A stretch of 64,000 bases of DNA from Octopus sinensis (lineage: Eukaryota): positions 14,570,001 to 14,634,000 of the forward strand of contig NC_043007.1 of assembly GCF_006345805.1 (NCBI RefSeq), given 5' to 3'. The notes under the pieces are model-generated. The model searched no databases and was not told the origin of the DNA. It was given only the letters and a program-made list of their open reading frames with translations. A program made the position numbers and the translations under genes. Shown one piece after another: positions 51,142 through 62,542 of this stretch. Every line of letters starts with the position of its first letter. The stretch's first letter is position 1.

Positions 51142-51823
51142 AGCACCTACAAAAAACACCTGCCATTTTATAAGCTTACAGATTTATATGTGTGAATTAA
51201 AGTTCAATAAAACGAAATATAACGAATGGGAGGAAAACAGTGGAAAAGTGGTTGAAGAAGATGCAGAATTCTGCTTTAAGAACCCCATATAATCCCTCGT
51301 AACCGTTTTTTTTTTTTGAATTTTCAGAAATATTTTGCGAATTTGTGTACCGGAATTCATACGACTATGAAAAAACCCCCAAAAAACCAAAAAAAAATTT
51401 AAAGAGAATTTTTTAAAACACACTTCCCCATAGATCTTAAAATTTCTACTCTTTTTCGAATCAGAGTTTAAAATACGAACAGTCGGAATTATTTGCTTAA
51501 ATCCCAGCAGTAGACCAACCTTGGGTGCATCAGGATTCCATTAAATGTGTTCAATATAGCAATATATGCCAGAGTGGCAAAGAAACGAGGAATGTATCAG
51601 GTGGTCGTGGGATGTGCTAAAAACAACAGCTAAATCACCTTTAAATCATACACACACACACATTTTTTTTCTTTTACCATAATCGTATGAATTCCCGTGT
51701 GCAGAACACAAATACGTAAAATTTTTTTTGAAAATTAAAAAACAAAAAACAAAAAAAAAGGTGCAAAGAGTTATATTGGTTGCTTAAACCAGAATTTCAT
51801 CGAAGGAGATTAAGAAGAGGAAA

Positions 51824-51860
51824 GATAGATAGATAGATGGATAGATAGATTAGATGGATG

Positions 51861-51934
<74 letters not shown>

Positions 51935-51955
51935 TAGATAGATAGACAGACAGAC

Positions 51956-52017
<62 letters not shown>

Positions 52018-52018
52018 G
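51824..52018. repeat. (GATA)n/(GACA)n microsatellite
   Basis: Directly visible. Confidence 0.97.
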
Positions 52019-52448
52019 TAGGAAAAATACAGAAAATAATGAGAAATGGGCGAATGGAGTGAAAGAAAAACAAGTAAAGAGGAAGAAATGAAAATAATCG
52101 ATGAAAATTGATTTTTCCAACGTGCAAATTTTAGATGTTTTGATTATTTATTTATTTCCTTATTTTTCTCACCATTATCTTATTGTTTACTTTTTAAATT
52201 ATCATTTTCGCTGAATCATAATATATAATATAAATACATACATGTAAACTATTTATACGAAGGACTGCGTACTGAGAAGTAGAGCTCTCAGATACGATCA
52301 GAAAAAGCTAAAGGAAGGCGGGCGACACGGAAAGCAAGAATCCCACCGGGTCCCGATTTTATGAAGTGTCCCCCACTGTAACCAGCGAACCTCTTACCAA
52401 AATTGGCCTAAGTTATTACAGAACTCACAAAGTGTAAAGCAGTTTTAA

Positions 52449-53297
52449 CCTATTTCTTTACTACCCACAAAAAGCTAAACACAGAGGGGACAAACAAGGA
52501 CAGACAAAGGGATTAAGTCGATTACATCGACCCCAAGTGCGTAACTGCTACTTATTTAATTGACTCCGAAAGGATGAAAGGCAAAGTCGACCTCGGCGGA
52601 ATTTGAACTCAGAACGTAGCGGCAGACAAAATACCTATTTCTTTACTACCCACAAGGGGCTAAATACAGAGTAGACCAACCTTGGGTGCATCAGGATTCC
52701 ATTAAATGTGTTCGATATAGCAATATATGCCAGAGTGGCAAAGAAACGAGGGGCTAAATACAGAGGGGACAAACAAGGACAAAGGGATTAAGTCGATTAT
52801 ATCAACCCCAGTGCGTAACTGGTACTTAATTTATCGACCCCGAAAGTATGAAAGGCAAAGTCGACCTCGGCGGAATTTGAATTCAGAACGTAAAGACAGA
52901 CGAAATACCTATTTCTTTATTACCCACAAGGGGCTAAACACAGAGGGGACAAACAAGGACAGACAAACGGATAAAGTCGATTACATCGACCCCAGTGCGT
53001 AACTGGTACTTAATTTATATATACTATTTATATATACGTGTTGTGACATAATGTCTATATATACCTATTTCTTTATTACCCACAAGGGGCTAAACACAGA
53101 GGGGACAAACAAGGACAGACATAGGCATTAAGTCAATTACATCGACCCCAGTGCGTAACTGGTACTTAATTTATCGACCCCGAAAGGATGAAAGGCAAAG
53201 TCGACCTCGGCGGAATTTGAACTCAGAACGTAACAGCAGACGAAATACTGCTAAGCATTTCGCCTGGCGTGCTAACGTTTCTGCCAACTCGACGCCT
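52449..53297 (-). mobile_element. Family A tandem array (about four units) with an 82-bp templated insertion
   Basis: Repeated GAAATACCTATTTC-type junctions on the plus strand; single head ending at 53297. Confidence 0.9.
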
Positions 53298-53904
53298 TGA
53301 TCGAACCTAATAATATACATACACACGCAGAACCATTTACGTATATATTCTGCGCCCCCCCCCCATTTTGTGGGCGTGTCACAGAAGAACCAATCACAAT
53401 CGCCCACAATGCAAATTGATCCTTTATTGATAATTTATTATCTTCGAGAATTGAAGAATTTTGCCGCCTTTTTTTTTCCGTGTTTGTTTTTAGTTATAGT
53501 TACTTCCCTTACATCGTTGAATTATTTACATGTTTCACGACTTAAACGTGAATTCTTTGTTAGAACAGATTATACCACGAGAGAAATTCTCATATTGGCT
53601 TTAAGGGCAAAATGCACTCTTATTTATCATTTTTTTTTATTTTGCACTAAAAGCTAGTATGAGATTTTATCTCATGGCATCTACCGCAATGTAGTTAGTT
53701 CTAACCACATCTACATTTAACTGGAGATAAATATTACCTCTCTGTCGCTAATATATATATTTTTACATATTTCATTTCCAATTTGTGTAATTTTTCTTAT
53801 ATATTACGTGTAATTTTCCTTTATATCCTCTATTTGTCTAATAGTACTCACTCGCTCAGTAAAACTTCGCCTATTTCTTTAATTATTTTATCGTAATATT
53901 ACGG

Positions 53905-54095
53905 AGATGTACTTGCATAGCAAGTGACCTAATCTGAGATGGTGTGCAGCACGGAGTTTTGTCAGTGAACAGGTCGCAGTCTCAAAGCGACGAAAATATT
54001 TCGACAAATTAAATTTAAATATTGAAGTGAATCTAACGGTTTTTGTGTGTTTCTTAAATGGCTTATAAACACCTTCCACGCTGCAATTGTTTATC
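53905..54095 (+). mobile_element. Putative Penelope-like terminal repeat carrying a hammerhead-type fold
   Basis: See 53958-54008. The PLE assignment is inferred from the minimal type I hammerhead architecture. Confidence 0.45.
53958..54008 (+). ncRNA. Candidate minimal type I hammerhead ribozyme with G3:C8 core variant
   Basis: TTTGTC-A-GTGAACA-G-GTCGC-AGTCTCAAA-GCGAC-GAAA-ATATT-T-C-GACAAA: stems I and II, GAAA box and palindromic stem III are in register. Confidence 0.55.
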
Positions 54096-54424
54096 ATAAT
54101 AAGTCGATGTAATTGATTTACCCCCTCCCCGAAATTGCTGGCCTTGTGCCAAAATTTGAAATCATTATTTTATCGCAGTCTAAGGCGACAAACTGGTAGA
54201 ATCTTTAGCATACCGGACAAAATGTATAGTGGCATTTCGTCCGTCTTACCTTCCACGCTGCAATTGTTTATCATAATAAGTCGATGTAATTGATTTACCC
54301 CCTCCCCGAAATTGGTGGCCTTGTGCCAAAATTTGAAATCATTATTTTATCGCAGTCTAAGGCGACAAACTGGTAGAATCTTTAGCATACCGGACAAAAT
54401 GTATAGTGGCATTTCGTCCGTCTT
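54071..54424. repeat. Near-perfect 177-bp tandem duplication
   Basis: ACCTTCCACGCTGCAATTG...ATTTCGTCCGTCTT at 54071-54247 and 54248-54424. Confidence 0.95.
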
Positions 54425-54994
54425 TACGTTTTGAGTTCAAATCCTGCTGAGGTCGACTCTGCCTTTTATCCTTTCAGGGTTAAATAAGTACCAGTCAAAT
54501 ACCAGAATCTATGTAATCGATGCCACTTCAAAAACTACTGGTCCTTCGCTAAAGTTTAAAATCATTTTATTTCTGTTTTCATCTCTCTTTTGAAGAACGT
54601 CAAAGTTAGCCCCATTGTACGTAGTTTTTTAATTTGCTAGAAATAGCAGGGATCACGATGGTATATTTCAAGACCTACTGCATACTTAACTGTCATACCA
54701 ACAAATTCACCTCATATTATGCCGGTACCTACGTTCAATTCCATGTTCGTTTACGTATATTTTTAAAAGCCTTTCTTATCTATTTGCTTTATATTTTAAA
54801 TTTGCTCCTTTGCATATGGTCGTAGCTTCCACACCATTGAATAATCTATTTCTTCTTTATTTCTTCCTCTTAATATTTTTCTTTCTTCTTTTTCCCCGAC
54901 TTGTCTTCACTTTCGTTGATCTCGCTCCCGCCCTAACGATTGGGCGTGCTCACGATTCTGCCAGCTCACCGCTATCCTATTTTCTTTTAACGAT

Positions 54995-56124
54995 GTTTTC
55001 AAATTTTGGCACAAGGCCAGTAATTTCAGGGAAGTGTTAAGCAGATTACATCGACTTGGGTGTTCAACTGGTACTTATTTAATCGACCCCGAAAGGATGA
55101 AAGGCAAAGCCGACTCAGGCGGCATTTGAACTCAGAACATAAAGACGGACGAAATACCTATTTCTTTACTGCCTACAAGGGGCTAAACACAGAAGGGACA
55201 AACAAGGGATTAAGTCGATTATATCGATCCCAGTGCGTAACTGGTACTTAATTTATCGACCTCGAAAGGATGAAAGGCAAAGTCGACCTCGGCGGAATTT
55301 GAATTCAGAACGTAAAGACAGACGAAATACCTATTTCATTACTACCCACAAGGGTATTTCTTTACTACCCACAGAGAGGACAAACAAGGACAGACAAAGG
55401 GATTAAGTCGATTACATTGACCCCAGTGCGTAACTGGTACTTAATTTATCGACTTCGAAAGAATGAAAGGCAAAGTCAACCTCGGCGGAATTTGAACTCA
55501 GAACGTAGCAGCAGACGAAATACCTATTTCTTTACTACCCACAAGGGGCTAAACACAGAGAGGACAAACAAGGACAGACAAAGGGATTAAGTCGATTACA
55601 TTGACTCCAGTGCGTAACTGGTACTTAATTTATCGACTTCGAAAGAATGAAAGGCAAAGTCAACCTCGGCGGAATTTGAACTCAGAACGTAGCGGCAGAC
55701 GAAATACCTATTTCTTTACTACCCACAAGGGGCTAAACACAGAGAGGACAAACAAGGACAGACAAAGGGATTAAGTCGATTACATCGACCCTAGTGCATA
55801 ACTGGTACTTAATTTATCGACCCCGAAAGGATGAAAGGCAAAATCGACCTCGGCGGAATTTGAACTCAGAACGTAACGGCAGACGAAATACCTATTTCTT
55901 TATTACCCACAAGGGGCTAAACACAGAGAGGACAAACAAGGACAGACAAACGGATTAAGTCGATTACATCAACCCCAGTGCGTAACTGGTACTAAATTTA
56001 TCGACTTCGAAAGAATGAAAGGCAAAGTCGACCTCGGCGGAATTTGAACACAGAACGTAGCGGCAGACGAAATACTGCTGAGCATTTCACCCGGTGTGCT
56101 AACCGTTCAGCCAGCTCGCCGCCT
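54995..56124 (-). mobile_element. Family A array: five young units (184-bp period) plus a terminal older-subfamily unit
   Basis: GAAATAC at 55151, 55324, 55517, 55701, 55885 and 56069; the last unit has tail GGCCTTGTGCCAAAATTTGAAA. Confidence 0.92.
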
Positions 56125-56129
56125 TTAAG

Positions 56130-56303
56130 TGATTCGATACCATGAGAAGCACGACGTTCAAGAGATAGTGACAGACGAAGGGGATTCAAGAGGATTCGTC
56201 TGGTTGTACGCCTGGACAGCTTACGTAGATCGACAATCTGGACAAGATGGGGGTTCCAGAGAGGTGATGGGCGCGAAACTAATTGAAGATGTACTGTAAC
56301 CAT
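56130..56303 (-). mobile_element. Highly decayed CR1-group fragment
   Basis: MVTVHLQ...SPLWNPHL...RRTTRRI...ERRASHG parallels the ORF at 50455-51018. Confidence 0.55.
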
Positions 56304-56308
56304 ATATA

Positions 56309-56456
56309 CGAGGCCGTGCTGAAAAGTTTCCGGCTTCGGGTAAAAGAAAATACAGGAGGATCACTTACTTATGATATTATTCAAAATATTCCCCTCTCAG
56401 ATTCACACAGGCCTTTCGCGACTCCCTTAAAGCCAGGCACTTTTCAACACCCCTCG
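56309..56456. mobile_element. Mariner-type MITE
   Basis: Imperfect TIRs CGAGGCCGTGCTGAAAAGTTTCCGGCTT / AAGCCAGGCACTTTTCAACACCCCTCG; TA on the left flank only. Confidence 0.65.
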
Positions 56457-56730
56457 AGGCTTCAAATAGATGAACGGTGAATGGCTGACAACGGCCTTAC
56501 TGAATGAGGCTAAGACACCGGCCTTTTTTGGGCTATTTCAAAAATTTATTTCATCCAATGCAGATTGAATGTGGACGATAATGTCAAGATCCTGTTCACC
56601 AGCACATTTCATAAGGTTGGTGTGGTGTTGTGGAGGAAGCAGGAAAATTCCGGGTTTTCTTCCACAAATATACAGCGGAGAACCTGTCTACATCCTATTT
56701 CTGTAGTATTTCATTACAGATATGTTGAAG

Positions 56731-57487
56731 GAGGCGAGCTGGCAGAAACGTTAGCACGCCGGGCGAAATGCGTAGCCGTATTTCGTCTGCCGCTACGTTC
56801 TGAGTTCAAATTCCGCCGAGGTCGACATTGCCTTCCATCCTTTCGGAGTCGATTAAATAAGTACCAGTTACGCACTGGGGGCCGATGTAATCGACTTAAT
56901 CCGTTTGTCTGTCCTTGCTTGTCCCCTCTGTGTTTTAGCCCCTTGTGGGTAGTAAAGAAATGGGTATTTCGTCTGCCGCTACGTTCTGAGTTCAAATTCC
57001 ACCGAGGTCGACTTTGCATTTCATCTTTTTGGGGTCGATAAATTAAGTACCAGTCACGCACTGGGGTCGATGTAATCGACTTAATCCGTTTGTCTGTCCT
57101 TGTTTGTCCCCTCTGTGTTTAGCCCCTTGTGGGTAGGAAAGAAATAGATATTTCGTCTGCCGCTACGTTCTGAGTTCAAATTCCACCGAGGTCGACTTTG
57201 CATTTCATCTTTTTGGGGTCGATAAATTAAGTACCAGTTACGCACTGGGGTCGATATAATCGACTTAATCCGTTTGTTTGTCCTCTCTGTGTTTAGCCCC
57301 TTGTGGGTAGTAAAGAAATAGGTATTTCGTCTGGTTTTACATTGAGTTCAAATTCCTCAATGTTGACCTTCATTTCATCATTTCGGGGTCGACAAAATAA
57401 ATACAAATTGGGGACTGGGACCGATGTAATCGACTTGTCCCTTCTTCCAAAGGACCAGACCCTTGAGCTTATGATAAAAAGAATTAT
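56731..57487 (+). mobile_element. Family A array: three young units plus a terminal diverged older unit
   Basis: Junctions at 56957, 57141 and 57315. Confidence 0.92.
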
Positions 57488-57494
57488 AGACATT

Positions 57495-57820
57495 CTTTTA
57501 TTCTTTTACTTGTTTGTCATTTGACTGGGACCATGCTGGAACACCGCCTTTTAGTCGAAGAAATCGACCCCTGGACTTATTTTTTGTAAGTCGGGTACTT
57601 ATTCTATCGGTCTCTTTTGCCGAACCGCTAAGTTACGGGGACGTAAACACACCAGCATCGGTTGTCAAGCGATGGTGGGTATGTGGGTGGGGTGGGGGCA
57701 AACACAGACACAAAGTCATACATAAGTATATACGATAGGCTTCTTTCAGTTTCCGTCTACCAAATCCACTCACATGGTTAGGAAATTTGCTTTACAGTCA
57801 TGAGGCTCCGGGTTCGATCT
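57495..57820 (-). mobile_element. SINE family B (partial)
   Basis: Reverse-complement B tail and body. Confidence 0.85.
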
Positions 57821-58904
57821 TATATATGCATAAAGATGCACACACACACGCGCGCGCGCACACACACACACACCACACACACACACACACACACACCACA
57901 CACACACACATATATATATAGTGTGGGCGCAGGTAGTGTATCTATGTCGAGTGTATTCAAGAACTTCAGCATCCAGTAAGAATGCCCCGTTTGCAAAGAT
58001 CCGTTATATTCCAAATCCTGAAAACCTACTCCTCTAAATGGCGTATATTTTTCGTTACCTCTTGCATTTTAAACCATTGTATATTAGGATCAATATTCCA
58101 ATTCGACCCATCCCACTTCCAGGAAAATACAAGAAACACTCTCTCGTTATTTAGCAATTCCACTTTCATTTACTTGAAACCGAGTTGTCTAAGTACTTCG
58201 GAAATAAAACAATATTCAAACCGGACTTTGTGAAAGTCTACGGTCAATTAAAAAGTCTTTGGTGTCTACTTGGACAAGTTGATGTCTGAAACAGTTAAAA
58301 TACTAATTGTGTCATAAAAAATATCACAGGAGCCGTGCGGATGTAACGAAAGCTCAAGCTGAAAAGTTATCAAACTATTTGTAGTGAATCTTGCATGCAT
58401 GAAGTGGATTCGATCTACCATAGCCAAATTTAAATTAACGCTGCCACAGAACTGTTCCCGTGATGGAACAATGGTTTTTCTCTGACAGCAGTTTTACATT
58501 TTCCAGATGCCTTTAGCTAGGCCAAAATAATGTTTTCGCTACTTGATCCTTTCTAACCTCTTCTACTTACCCAAAAGCTAAAGTAAAGATAACAAGACCA
58601 CCAACTAAATCTATTGTTCTCAATGATATATCTATCCTTCTGGATCTTTATATAAGCAAGCACACCCCAAGCAAAAATCAGTTAGTCACTTGTCGATAAC
58701 TGAACGAGGCAGCTCGTAACGACCCAATTAGTTAATGAAAGGACTGCTAGAATATAAAGGTCAGCGAGAGAAATGAAAATTCCTGCCAGCAGCTGTGAGA
58801 CAATACCATACAATTCTCTTTAACTCTAATTCAACGTCTTACACCGAAAAATACACCGTCGATAGTTGTTGTTGACAAACAACAGCAGTAATTTTATTCA
58901 GCTG

Positions 58905-59101
58905 AATACACGTCATTGATTGGTTGAAATTACCGAAATAGGACTACTTTAACGCGAAATTACTTCGTAAATATAAGTTTTTCTCAAAAATGCTAAGAGT
59001 AAAAGATGTTTTATATGACACATTCTACCAGTGTCCGAAGTTTGAAAGTGTTTAGTTACAAAAAATAATTTTTTAAATCTGTAGGTCAAAAGGTAAAGAT
59101 C
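58905..59101. mobile_element. One end of the GGATC-terminus TIR family
   Basis: CACATTCTACCAGT...AAAGTGTTTAGTTAC...AAAGATCC shared with 48800 and 63105. Confidence 0.65.
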
Positions 59102-59429
59102 CCTTGGGCTCACTTTGAGTTGATTCATAACGAAAGTGAGCTTATCATCGGTCACTTACCCCCTCCTTTTAATTCACACCTGTCCAACTTGACAAACATC
59201 TCTCACAGCTGTTTCAATTCTAGACCTTCAGAAAATTAATTAATAAAATTTAAAATTATTTGAAAGTCGAATCTCGTCAACGGTAATTTAAGATATACAA
59301 AACAGGTGTCAAATTCCTGCATGTTGAGTATACACACATGAAAATATACATACACAAACCTACATTCAGATACTTAGATATATGTATAGCGTTTTTCAAT
59401 GCTATATATATACACTCTCTTCCTCAGAG

Positions 59430-59488
<59 letters not shown>

Positions 59489-59615
59489 ATACACACTGTG
59501 TGAATATATATGCACACGCATATACGGGCGTATACAGAATAGCATTCACCAAATGTATACACACCTAAATATGTATGTACATGTTTATATGATACTATGT
59601 ATCTGTATATATCAA

Positions 59616-59993
59616 CTAGCAGTACCGCCCGGCGTTGCTCGGGTTTGTAAGGGAAATAACTATATAAGCATTTTTAGAGATGTAAAATATAATAGCCATC
59701 TCAATATGGCTAACCACAAAGGGGGGGGTGTTACTGTAGCTTTTTACGTTCTGAGATTTAATAATACATTTTTAGAGAGTTACTTCCCTTATATATGCCA
59801 AAAATGCATTAAAAATGGGAAAAAATTGATGGTAAATTTTTTTTTTAGTCGTAGACTCATCGTAGACGCGCGATATGAATCACGACTATAAGATACCCGG
59901 TTTTGGTTAAACTGCACCGCAAAATGTGGGAGCAGTTAGAAATCTAAATCGTAGGAGACAGACAGCACACAACCTCACTTTTATATATAAAGA
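59616..59993 (-). mobile_element. Non-autonomous Helitron
   Basis: A/TC...hairpin...CTAG/T on the minus strand; same family as 49382. Confidence 0.82.
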
Positions 59994-60358
59994 TATGTAT
60001 GTATGTACAAAGAATGGAACTGGTAAAATACGGACAACGAGCCAATAGTGTGTATTTCAGTAAGCTTGTTGTCCCATTTTTACCTAAATTCGCATGAATG
60101 ATAACTTTTTAACTTCTAAAAATAAGGGAAGAAGATCAATTGAGAGCTAAAACAGATCATTTATCACGAAATAATCAAAAACTAATACATCCTATTTCTT
60201 TACTATGATCCTTTATCTTCGCCTTGATTTAAACGATAACGAAATTGTTTTTCCAGGAAAATAAACAAAACCGGAAAAGAGAAAGAAATAAACGAATTCA
60301 TTGACGTTCACAAATTCCGCATTCATTCTTGACTATTTAATGTTGATATTATATTTTA

Positions 60359-60754
60359 CTAGCAGTATCGTCCGGCGTTGCTCGGGTTTGTTTCGACCCT
60401 TTAGAATTGGAATTTTTGAAAAGTAAAAATTTTGCATTATGTAGTTTGTTATTCTCTTTAAGTGAACATTTTTCTGGTTGAAATACACCGAAAAATGGCG
60501 ACACAGCAGTCTAAAAATCATTAAAAAAATAGGGATTTTCATAGAAATAAAAGCACCTTTTTGATGTAAATAATTTCTGGTGTTAACATGGTTCGATTTG
60601 AATTTTTTTCTTCTACGGAATGAAGACCAAGCCTTCTTCTATCATACTCTCAATTTTGGTCAACTTGCGCCGCAGGGTCTCGGAGGAGATAGTGTTAGTT
60701 GAAGGCTACCAAACCTGCCATACACAGACAACTTCAGCTTTATATAGAGAGAGA
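60359..60754 (-). mobile_element. Non-autonomous Helitron, same 3' end but different interior
   Basis: ACTAGCAGTATCGTCCGGCGTTGCTCGGGTTTGT shared for about 33 bp, then unrelated sequence; ends TTTATATAGAGAGAGAT. Confidence 0.75.
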
Positions 60755-61470
60755 TTATCTTAAGGTGGAGAACTGGCGGAAATCTTAGCACACCGGCCAA
60801 AATGTTTAGCGGCGCTTCTTCCGTCTTTATGTTCTGAGTTCAAATTCTGCTGAGATTGACTGCCTTTCATTCCTCTCGGGAATCGATAAAACAGGTTCAC
60901 CAATGGGGACGATGTTATTGACTTACCCCTTCCCCCGATCTTGCTAGTCTTGTGCCGAAATTTGAAATCATCTGATTTCATTATCTTAAGGCGGCGAGCT
61001 TGCCGAACCATTAGCACGAAAAGTACCTCAGAACGCGCCTGCGTGACCATCACAATATCTTTTCCAAACACGGTGTACTTCTGACATTATATCCTTAAAA
61101 AAAAAACAAACAAACAAAAAAAAAACCTTTAGGGTGTGATTTGAGGGACATTTTAGCTGCTAAATTTAGCAAGCCGTTAGACCATGTGCAGGATTCTTTG
61201 CTCGTATGCTGTGTTTATTTTATGACAATTGGACAATGTTCTGATAATGATCAGTCGTAGGAGTAACATATAAGACAATAAGTAATACATTGAACTCAGT
61301 AAAAGGTGTTGGCTTTTCAAGAGAAGTCGGCAATTACAAACCGGATCCAATTATTGTGAGTCACTGAGGAGAGTCTCGTCTAGTTGAAACACTCAACACT
61401 TTCCGGCTTTGTTAAAGATTCCAGGAAGGGATTTCTGTGGCGGGCATAGTGATATTATGTACCATGTTAA

Positions 61471-61881
61471 GGTGGTGAGTTGGAAGAAATGTTAGCATGC
61501 GAAATGCTTAGCGGTATTTCGTCTGCCGCTACGTTCTGAGTTCAAATTCCGCCGAGGTCGACTTTGCCTTTCATCCTTTCGGGGTCGATTAAATAAGTAC
61601 TAATTACGCACTGGGGTCGATGTAATCCACTTAATCCGTTTGTCTGTCCTTGTTTGTCCTCTCTGTGTTTAGCCCCTTGTGGGTAGTACAGAAATAGGTA
61701 TTTCGTCTGCCGTTACGTTCTGAGTTCAAATTCCGCCGAGGTCGACTTTGCCTTTCATCCTTTCGGGGTCGATTAAATAAGTACTAATTACGCACTGGGG
61801 TCGATATAATCGACTTAATCCGTTTGTCTGTCCTTGTTTGTCCCCTCTCTGTTTAGCCCCTTGTGGGTAGTACAGAAATAA
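61471..61881 (+). mobile_element. Family A dimer
   Basis: Outer TSD GATATTATGTAC(C/G)ATGT; junction GAAATAGGTATTTC at 61691. Confidence 0.92.
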
Positions 61882-62202
61882 GATATTATGTACGATGTAG
61901 ATCATTTTCTTTTTTTACCTATGGCCCCAGGAATATTTCGAAGGAAGGGCACAAGGTCAGAAGGAAATACAATTCCAAGAGAAAAGGGCATAATAACACT
62001 TAGAAGGGCGCACTTCTTTTCTTGAGAAGTGTGTGTGTGCGTTTGGGGGAGGGGGGCTTCCCCTCAGCCCGCCCCTGGTCACCAATGGAACGCTTTTGGT
62101 CGTAGATCTGCTTCAGCTCGGCTGACTTGAGAGCTAATCAACAAATATAACAGGTTTTATAGAAATATCAATATTAGATATTACATCCAAGCCAACATTT
62201 TC

Positions 62203-62360
62203 TTGTTTCTTTATTGCCCACAAGGGGCTAAACATAGAGGGGACAAACAAGGACAGACAAACGGATTAAGTCGAATATATCGACCCAGCGCGTAACTGGT
62301 ACTTATTTAATCGACCCCGAAAGGATGAAAGTCAAAGTCGACATCGGCGGAATTTGAACA
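62203..62360 (-). mobile_element. Family A, 5' truncated
   Basis: 18-bp TSD TCCAAGCCAACATTTTCT. Confidence 0.9.
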
Positions 62361-62542
62361 TTCCAAGCCAACATTTTCTGGCAACTCTTTGATTCCTGTT
62401 TTACTGAGATGGATTCTCCTAGCCATTCGACGAAGTATCTAGAAGGAAATTGTTAAAATATTTTATAATGTAGAAGTATAACCAATTTATTGAAGATAAA
62501 GTTTAACAACAAAATATTATATACAGTTCTATAGTTATGAGA

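Noticed and set aside
61337-61395. Hammerhead-like CTGAGGA...GAAAC
   Set aside because: Stem II does not pair convincingly and there is no stem III or cleavage triplet in register.
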